64,000 nucleotides of DNA from Candidatus Latescibacterota bacterium (GTDB lineage: Bacteria > Latescibacterota > UBA2968 > UBA8231), in the NCBI GenBank assembly GCA_965248265.1, contig CBDFJF010000001.1:2848001-2912000 (forward strand), written 5' to 3'. The translations under genes and the position numbers were made by a program. The notes below the pieces were generated by a model. It was not told where the DNA came from, did not search any database, and saw nothing but the letters and a program-made list of their open reading frames with translations. The first letter of the stretch is position 1; every line of letters begins with the position of its first letter. This document shows positions 58,103 through 64,000 of the stretch, in pieces.

Positions 58103-58303
58103 TCACAGCTCCCTCACCCTGTCTATCCCCGGAGCCTCCAACCGCGCCGCCATCTTCTCCCTCACCGGTCCAGCGTTCGCCATTTGCTCTCGGCTATAGA
58201 CGTACGGCGAATCCTTGCCATCCAGAAGCGTGTTCATCATGTCCCTGATTCCCCTCTGTGCTATGACATCCCCGAAAGGACATGGCTCAACTCTTTCCCT
58301 CAA
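58103..58303 (-). pseudogene. Short ORF, possible C-terminal remnant of the gene formerly upstream
   Basis: Ends 4 bp before the next start; protein-like 3' half; weak start. Confidence 0.35.
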
Positions 58304-58445
58304 TCATTTCCTTTGGTACGAAGCATTAACGAGCCTTGCAGCCGGAAGGTCAAGCAGCAAGATCCCAACAGTTTGCGCCGTACCATGCTCCCATCGTTCA
58401 TTTTGCAACCCACAATCATCATCATCATTCGCGTGAGGACTATTC

Positions 58446-59570
58446 ATGCCGATCGTTGATCGGGGTACCGTCTATCGTGGTCCAGCCGACACCGACTATC
58501 AGTGCGCCAGTGGGCCGGTCATTGTGGTGACGCCCGGCGGCAGATGGTTGTGCTCCCTCCGGACGACGCCGAACAAGGGCGCCGGGGACGGCCTGGTGCT
58601 GTTGACCTGGTCTGATGATGAGGGGAAATCCTGGTGCGAACCGAAGCGAATCTTCGTCGCGCCAAAACTCGACGGCCGGCGCGGTGATTTTCGCGGTATC
58701 AAAATGACCCTTCTGGAGGATGGTCACCTGCTCGCCGCCATCAAGTGGGTCGACCGCTCGGACCCAAAGCGCAAGCTGTTCTCAGACAGTGACGGCGGCG
58801 TCCAGGGTGGCCGCTTCTTCCTCAGTCGTTCATTGGATAACGGCGAGACCTGGTCTGAGCCGCGACAGCTGCCGCCGTTCGAGTTCGACGAATCCGTGAC
58901 TGGTCCGACAGCGCCAGTGTTGCGCTTGGCCAACGGCGATCTCGCCTTTCCGATCGAGCTCAGCAAACCGCAGGGCGACGATTCGCCATCCCGTCACTTC
59001 GCCGCCATGATGTTTTCGCCCGACGAGGGTGAGACGTGGCCCGAACACGCCATCATCGCCCACGACCCCTCGCATCGGATTTTCTACTGGGACCACCGGC
59101 CCGTGCTGCTGCCCAATGGCAATCTGTTGAATCTGTTCTGGACCTTCGACAATCAAGAGGGAGTCTACCGGAACATGCACGCGAGCCGGTCCGCCGATCA
59201 CGGCCGCACCTGGTCGCCACTGTGGAACACTGGATTGGCGGGTCAGGCCGGCCCACCGCTGTGTCTGCATGACAACCGAGTCGCCCTGGTGTACGTGGAC
59301 CGAACCGCGACGCCTGCCATCAAACTCCGGATCAGCGACGATGATGGAGCCTCTTGGCCGGATGATACCGAGTTGACGCTCTATGATTCCGAAAAGCAAC
59401 CGTCAACGAGCGGTAAGCGTGACCTCAAGAAAGCCTGGAGCGAGATGTACGAGTTTTCCGTCGGCTTGCCGACCATTACAGAAACCGCGTCAGGTGATAT
59501 CGTCGCCGCCTACTATGCCGGTCCCGAGGCTGACCAGACTGGCATTGAATGGGTCCGCATCAGCGCCTAG
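58446..59570 (+). CDS. BNR/Asp-box sialidase-like protein
   Basis: SDDEGKSW, SLDNGETW, SPDEGETW, SADHGRTW, SDDDGASW. Confidence 0.85.
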   Translation: MPIVDRGTVYRGPADTDYQCASGPVIVVTPGGRWLCSLRTTPNKGAGDGLVLLTWSDDEGKSWCEPKRIFVAPKLDGRRGDFRGIKMTLLEDGHLLAAIKWVDRSDPKRKLFSDSDGGVQGGRFFLSRSLDNGETWSEPRQLPPFEFDESVTGPTAPVLRLANGDLAFPIELSKPQGDDSPSRHFAAMMFSPDEGETWPEHAIIAHDPSHRIFYWDHRPVLLPNGNLLNLFWTFDNQEGVYRNMHASRSADHGRTWSPLWNTGLAGQAGPPLCLHDNRVALVYVDRTATPAIKLRISDDDGASWPDDTELTLYDSEKQPSTSGKRDLKKAWSEMYEFSVGLPTITETASGDIVAAYYAGPEADQTGIEWVRISA

Positions 59571-59594
59571 CTCGCCGGCTCTGCCAAGCAGCTT

Positions 59595-60086
59595 TTACGG
59601 CAATTGGCAGTACGCGGTCGAATCGTCGAGATCCACTTTCACCGTGCACTTCTTCATCTTCACAGGTCCGGTGGCTTCCGGCGGCTGCAGGTTGGCCATG
59701 TGACCATCCTGGGGAGCGAAGATGAAGAAGGTTCCGGGACGGGCGCGGATCAGATCGCCGTCCCCAGTGCCGAAGACGTAGTCCTCGTCGTCGTTATACT
59801 CCTCCAGCTTCAGCTGGCTGATGTGCGCCCAACCGCACAGGGTCTCGCCCTCGATGAAATGCTGCACGTCTATCGACCGCCGATGGAACTCGTACTTGGC
59901 GCCCTCGATCGGCCTCGATTCGAAATTGCTGCGCACCGCCCGCAGGCCATCCTGCTCCAGGTCGAACACGAAGCTGCCTTCTTCCAGGTCGTCGAAATCG
60001 TCATCCTGGAGGTATCGCAGTGCGGCCTCTATCCGCGGGCCGAGACCGTAATAATTGTGAGCGTTGCTGAGGTAATCGATGATCAT
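59595..60086 (-). CDS. YhcH/YjgK/YiaL (NanQ-like) protein
   Basis: MIID, E.HR..IDVQ....G.E, F.IF.P.D.H, K..VKV. Confidence 0.9.
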   Translation of the reverse strand: MIIDYLSNAHNYYGLGPRIEAALRYLQDDDFDDLEEGSFVFDLEQDGLRAVRSNFESRPIEGAKYEFHRRSIDVQHFIEGETLCGWAHISQLKLEEYNDDEDYVFGTGDGDLIRARPGTFFIFAPQDGHMANLQPPEATGPVKMKKCTVKVDLDDSTAYCQLP

Positions 60087-60117
60087 CCTGGGCCCTCATC
60101 TGATGCAATTCTTGATG

Positions 60118-60876
60118 TCATGAACCGACTTCGACCGCGTGAAACGGCTCACTCCCTTCGAGCCGCCGTTCCCAGTCGTTTACCCCTGGTTCGGGAATAC
60201 CGAACAGTTGACGCCGATCGTGCGATCGTGTCATCGACAGCCGAATATGGTCGGGGAAATCCCGGTAGTCGTACTTCGTCCGCATCCACGAGTGGACGTA
60301 TGAGTACTCGAGTACCTTTCGATCCTTGTTGCTGCGGTTGTGAAAGCGCGCGTGCCAGCAGTAGCCGTTGAACAGAACCGCATCCCCGGCCTTGGCCACC
60401 AGCTTGACGTGATGGGGCATGTCCTCGTGCTCGGCGATGTCGGGTAGCGGGTGTCCCATCTCGAAGCGGTGGCTGCCGGGAACTATGGCCAGGGTGGCGC
60501 CATTCTCGGGCACATCAACTAGGTACACGTACACCTTGGTCATGATCAGCGAGTCTGCCAGGTTCACGCCGTTGATATGGCTGAGATCGCAGTGCCAGCC
60601 GCCACCCGAGTCCGACAGCGCCTCCCGCACCCCACCAAAGGCGTAGCGCAGCTGCACGTCCTCACCGACTACTGCGCGCACGATCGGGAAGATGGCGGGA
60701 TGATCAACCATGTCGACGAAAACCTCATCCTGGCCCAGGACCTCGTACAGCGCCTCGTTCTCGGCTGCTCGATCGAGGGCCGTTCCTACCCGTTCGACCT
60801 CTGCTTGGGACAGGGCGCCGGGGATGTAGACGAACCCCTGCGAGTCGTACTGCTGCCTGGCTTGCTCAGCCGTCAT
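60118..60876 (-). CDS. PhyH-family dioxygenase
   Basis: QGF, WHCD, VPGSH, WHAR..N.S..DR. Confidence 0.9.
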   Translation of the reverse strand: MTAEQARQQYDSQGFVYIPGALSQAEVERVGTALDRAAENEALYEVLGQDEVFVDMVDHPAIFPIVRAVVGEDVQLRYAFGGVREALSDSGGGWHCDLSHINGVNLADSLIMTKVYVYLVDVPENGATLAIVPGSHRFEMGHPLPDIAEHEDMPHHVKLVAKAGDAVLFNGYCWHARFHNRSNKDRKVLEYSYVHSWMRTKYDYRDFPDHIRLSMTRSHDRRQLFGIPEPGVNDWERRLEGSEPFHAVEVGS

Positions 60877-60885
60877 GGCGGCCTG

Positions 60886-61671
60886 TCAGTGATTGGGTTC
60901 GATGCCCTTGCCGACCGAACTCAACGGCGAATATCGCCTAGCCGGCAGACCATTCGAGCTCGGGTGCCCTGTAACCGTGGCATCCCAGTAGCGCCGTTCG
61001 GGCGTGATACCGAAAAGCGACGCCAGATTGCCCGTCGACATCATCGTCGCGCGTGCTTCTGAGGTGAACTCGGGCAACGCCTGCCGCATCCAGCAGTGGA
61101 TGTAGGCGTACTCCAGCCGTCGCAGTCGCGATTCGCTTTCGTGGTGCATGCGTGCCTGCCAGATGTTGCCGTGCAGGATCACGGCCGAACCCGCCTTGAG
61201 GCGCAGCGGACAATGGTTGGGCATCTCGTCAATGCGAGTGATGTCCGGGAACGGCAAGTCGGCTTTGAACAGATGGCTCACCGGCACCACGGAGAGGCAA
61301 CCTCCCTCTTCGTCGCAGTTATCTAGCAATACGAACAACTGCGTGCACATGTTGGAGGCGGAGTGGTTGACTCCGAGCATGCTCGCCACTTCCCGGTGCC
61401 ATCCCCTGCCCTTTACGCCGGACTCTGACGATGTACCCTTGACCGAACGAACCGCCACATCGTCCGACATGACGCCGTGGATGATCGGAAACAGAGCAGG
61501 ATGCTCGGCGAGGTGGATGAACGCGTCGTCTTGATTGGGTAGATCATCCAGGGCCTCCGCCGAGGCGGCCGTGTCGAACGCTGCTGCGATCGATTCCAGC
61601 TCATCAGCCCGTAGTGCGTCTTCGACGACGAGAAAACCCTGGCCCTCGTAGTCGGTTTGTTGTTGCTCCGT
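60886..61671 (-). CDS. PhyH-family paralogue with altered iron ligands; native start probably deleted (in-frame TTG at 61698)
   Basis: TEQQ..Y..QGF, WHRE, VPVSH, WQAR. Confidence 0.7.
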   Translation of the reverse strand, partial: TEQQQTDYEGQGFLVVEDALRADELESIAAAFDTAASAEALDDLPNQDDAFIHLAEHPALFPIIHGVMSDDVAVRSVKGTSSESGVKGRGWHREVASMLGVNHSASNMCTQLFVLLDNCDEEGGCLSVVPVSHLFKADLPFPDITRIDEMPNHCPLRLKAGSAVILHGNIWQARMHHESESRLRRLEYAYIHCWMRQALPEFTSEARATMMSTGNLASLFGITPERRYWDATVTGHPSSNGLPARRYSPLSSVGKGIEPNH

Positions 61672-62066
61672 CCTTGGCCGCCTTCCCGCGTGCTCCAATG
61701 CTTGGGCATGCTGGCGTAGTCGCCCAGACGCAGACTGGCGATGAACTCCATGTCCTTGTCGTGGGCGCGGTCGATGAGCACTTTGAGCGGACTCAAGCCG
61801 CGCTCGACCAGGCTACTCAGACATTGGTAGGCTCTCCAGGCATAGTGGGTGCTGAAGGTGTCGAGGTTGGACCCGAACATCGTGCTCGCCTTGGTGTCGT
61901 AGAACAGCCCATCGTTGCGGGCCACGCCATAGATGAAGGTGTCGACGGCGGTGCCGGCTACCTGGTCCACTGGCACCCAGGCGTCGTGCAGATCCATCGG
62001 CGGCTCGAAGTTCCACAGGTAGAAATGGCGCGCGTCGTCAAAGTAGATGGTGCGTCGTTTTGGCAT
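61671..62066 (-). pseudogene. N-terminal fragment of a glycoside-hydrolase-like (GHL10-type) TIM-barrel protein
   Basis: IYFDD, VD.VAGT.VDT, G..PL.VLIDRAH...MEFIASLR; protein-like sequence stops after ~132 codons and the frame runs out of register over phyH. Confidence 0.7.
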
Positions 62067-62150
62067 CACCGTTTCTCGGTAACGAGTGGTGGAGGTAATC
62101 TGGTGCCGATAATGTGGTTTCAAGTCCTCTAACTGTCGAGATCAGACACC

Positions 62151-63164
62151 GTGAAACACCGATTTGCCTTTGCCGGATTCGGCCACGCCCATATCGACGA
62201 GCTCTACAAACTCGTGCGCGACTCCACGGAGATCGAGCTCGCCGGTGCCTGCGAGCCCGACGGGCGTTTGCGCGCCGTTGCTGAGAACGATGGCATCGAG
62301 TTTACCCACCCGACCTACGAAGAGATGCTGGATTCCGTTGATTGTGACATCGTTGCCATCGGTGCCTATTTCGGAGCACGCGGCGGCATCGCCATCGACG
62401 CGTTGAACCGCGGCAAGCATGTCATCGCCGACAAGCCGTTGTGCATTCACCTCGAGGAATTGGAACAGATCGAAGCGCTGGCAGCCGAAAACGGCCTGCG
62501 GGTTGGCTGCATGCTGGGTATGCGGAGCCATCGCCCCTTCGCCGGGGTCCGCCACATGATCCAGCAAAGCGAACTCGGCGACATCCACGCCATCGCCATC
62601 GGAGGCCAACACCCGCTCAACATCGACACCCGCCCCTCCTGGTACTTCGAGAAGGGCAAACACGGCGGCACCATCAATGACATCTTCATCCACGCCGCCG
62701 ATGCGATCCCATGGGTGACCGGCTTGAGTTTCGAAACCGTTCAAGCTGCACGCTGTTGGAATGCCATGGCGCCACAGTACCCCCACTTCGAAGACGGGGC
62801 TCAGATGTTACTCACTTTGTCCAACGGCTGTGGTGTGCTCGCGGATGTCTCCTACTTCATGCCGTCCAAGGGCGGTTACGGTCTACCATACTACTGGCGT
62901 ATGACCTTCTTCGGATCCAAGGGTATCGCTGAAGTCTCGGCAGTCTCCGGCCAGATCGACATCACCCGGGATGGCTCTGTGGTCTCCGTCGACCCAGAGG
63001 GTGGCGAACCAGACGATTACCTTGCGGATTTTCTCAGCGACATGCATGGGACTGTGTCGGCAGAGAGCCTGAAGACGGAAGATGTACTGCGCGCAACGCG
63101 GGTTGCGTTGATGGTGCAAAAAGCAGCGGATGACGGGCGCGTTGGAGAACTGTTGCATTACTGA
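62151..63164 (+). CDS. Gfo/Idh/MocA oxidoreductase
   Basis: GKHVIADKPL, GGTINDIFIH. Confidence 0.9.
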   Translation: MKHRFAFAGFGHAHIDELYKLVRDSTEIELAGACEPDGRLRAVAENDGIEFTHPTYEEMLDSVDCDIVAIGAYFGARGGIAIDALNRGKHVIADKPLCIHLEELEQIEALAAENGLRVGCMLGMRSHRPFAGVRHMIQQSELGDIHAIAIGGQHPLNIDTRPSWYFEKGKHGGTINDIFIHAADAIPWVTGLSFETVQAARCWNAMAPQYPHFEDGAQMLLTLSNGCGVLADVSYFMPSKGGYGLPYYWRMTFFGSKGIAEVSAVSGQIDITRDGSVVSVDPEGGEPDDYLADFLSDMHGTVSAESLKTEDVLRATRVALMVQKAADDGRVGELLHY

Positions 63165-63190
63165 CGCAGTGAGGTTTGTTACTAATTGAG

Positions 63191-63310
63191 CGATCGAAAA
63201 GGGCAAGCTGCGGGAGACCGCAGTACGTAAAGGAGCGGATCCTCCCGGAGCCACAGTGTGTTGGAAGCTGCGGAGTCGGATCTCGCGGGAGAGGACAGCC
63301 GCACTGCGCC
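63191..63310 (+). ncRNA. Cyclic-di-GMP-I (GEMM-I) riboswitch-like aptamer with extended P3 and imperfect P1
   Basis: CGAAAAGGGCAA, P2 CUGCGG-GAGA-CCGCAG, AC-GU-AAAG junction, P3 GCGG/CCGC with UCCUC/GAGGA, GACAGCCG...UGC. Confidence 0.7.
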
Positions 63311-63312
63311 CC

Positions 63313-63364
63313 TTGACATCGAGGCTCGAAGGTATTACTGTTTTGACGTATTGGTAATACCTTC
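63313..63364 (+). promoter_or_regulatory. sigma70 promoter and palindromic operator of vapBC
   Basis: TTGACA(63313)-17 bp-TACTGT; perfect inverted repeat GAAGGTATTAC-N15-GTAATACCTTC at 63328-63364. Confidence 0.7.
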
Positions 63365-63378
63365 TATTTCAAGCCCAA

Positions 63379-63624
63379 ATGAAAACGCTGACCGTCAAAC
63401 TTCCCGAAGAACTGGATGCTGAGCTTACCACCGCCGCGGCGCAACGGGGTGAGAGTAAGTCCTTTCTCATAAGAGAGGCCATCGCCTCCTACATGCGCGA
63501 CGAAGGCGCCGGGAGCGCCGATGTATCCTGTGATGATCTGGCGCAGGACCTGGCCGGCTCTTTCTCCGGGCCGGTGGACCTGTCGCGGGACAGCAAGAAA
63601 TACATGAAGAGCTATGGTCGATGA
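63379..63624 (+). CDS. vapB: Ribbon-helix-helix (CopG-type) antitoxin
   Basis: MKTLTVKLPEEL...SKS..IREAI; GP.DLS....Y..YG tail; ATGA overlap with the PIN gene. Confidence 0.87.
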   Translation: MKTLTVKLPEELDAELTTAAAQRGESKSFLIREAIASYMRDEGAGSADVSCDDLAQDLAGSFSGPVDLSRDSKKYMKSYGR

Positions 63625-64000
63625 AGCAGGAGGTGCTGCTGGATACTGGCCCTCTTGTCGCCTACCTGAACCGCCGCGATGCCGACCATGCCTGGTCCCG
63701 GGCGCAGTGGCAACAGATCCGTCCGCCGCTACTCACCAATGAAGCTGTGCTTTCGGAGGCTTGTTTTCTGCTGGGTGAGTTTGGCGGTGACCCTAATTCG
63801 GTACTGAAGCTTGTCGAGCGTGATGTTATCCGCGTGTCATTCAGCGTCTCCAATCACATCGCCGTCGTCCGAAAATTGATTCGGAAGTACCGAACATCGC
63901 CGATGTCCTTCGCCGACGCTTGCCTGGTACGAATGAGTGAGTTGCATGCCGGATCACTCGTCTTCACCTTGGACAGCGATTTTCGCGTGTACCGACGCAA
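63621..64000 (+). CDS. vapC: PIN-domain toxin (runs off the window end; absent from the ORF track)
   Basis: Translated by hand: MKQEVLLDTGPLVA...EAVLSEA...MSFADACLV...TLDSDFRVYR. Confidence 0.9.
   Translation, partial: MKQEVLLDTGPLVAYLNRRDADHAWSRAQWQQIRPPLLTNEAVLSEACFLLGEFGGDPNSVLKLVERDVIRVSFSVSNHIAVVRKLIRKYRTSPMSFADACLVRMSELHAGSLVFTLDSDFRVYRR

Noticed and set aside
61413-62123. Programmed frameshift joining the GH-like gene and phyH
   Set aside because: No slippery sequence, and the GH barrel is incomplete; a deletion is the simpler explanation
1-64000. Prophage, IS element, integron or CRISPR-Cas
   Set aside because: No integrase, transposase, phage or cas genes and no regular arrays were seen

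Overview
GC-rich bacterial chromosome segment, densely packed with accessory catabolic genes. These include four BNR/sialidase-like proteins, four Fe(II)/2-oxoglutarate (PhyH-type) oxygenase homologues plus a redoxin-2OG fusion, three enolase-superfamily enzymes, Gfo/Idh/MocA, SDR and TIM-barrel isomerases, a sulfatase, an amidase, GGT, an AGE epimerase and a CoA-transferase. The content resembles uncultured FCB-group lineages such as Latescibacterota (inference only). It also carries an MMPL/LolA-like/outer-membrane cassette, a YtrA-type GntR-ABC operon, an ECF sigma/FecR/TonB signalling locus, adk, yciH, a DEAD-box helicase with a SWIB protein, and a vapBC pair at the right edge. No rRNA, tRNA, CRISPR array or transposase was seen. 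Features not evident from the ORF track: (1) a c-di-GMP-I (GEMM-I)-like riboswitch directly upstream of vapBC; (2) a UGA-recoded selenoprotein peroxiredoxin (UxxC) with a SECIS-like hairpin; (3) an L7Ae-like RNA-binding domain fused in frame to an enolase; (4) repeated gene truncations, some with short tandem duplications at the junction. All calls come from reading motifs by eye; no searches were run.
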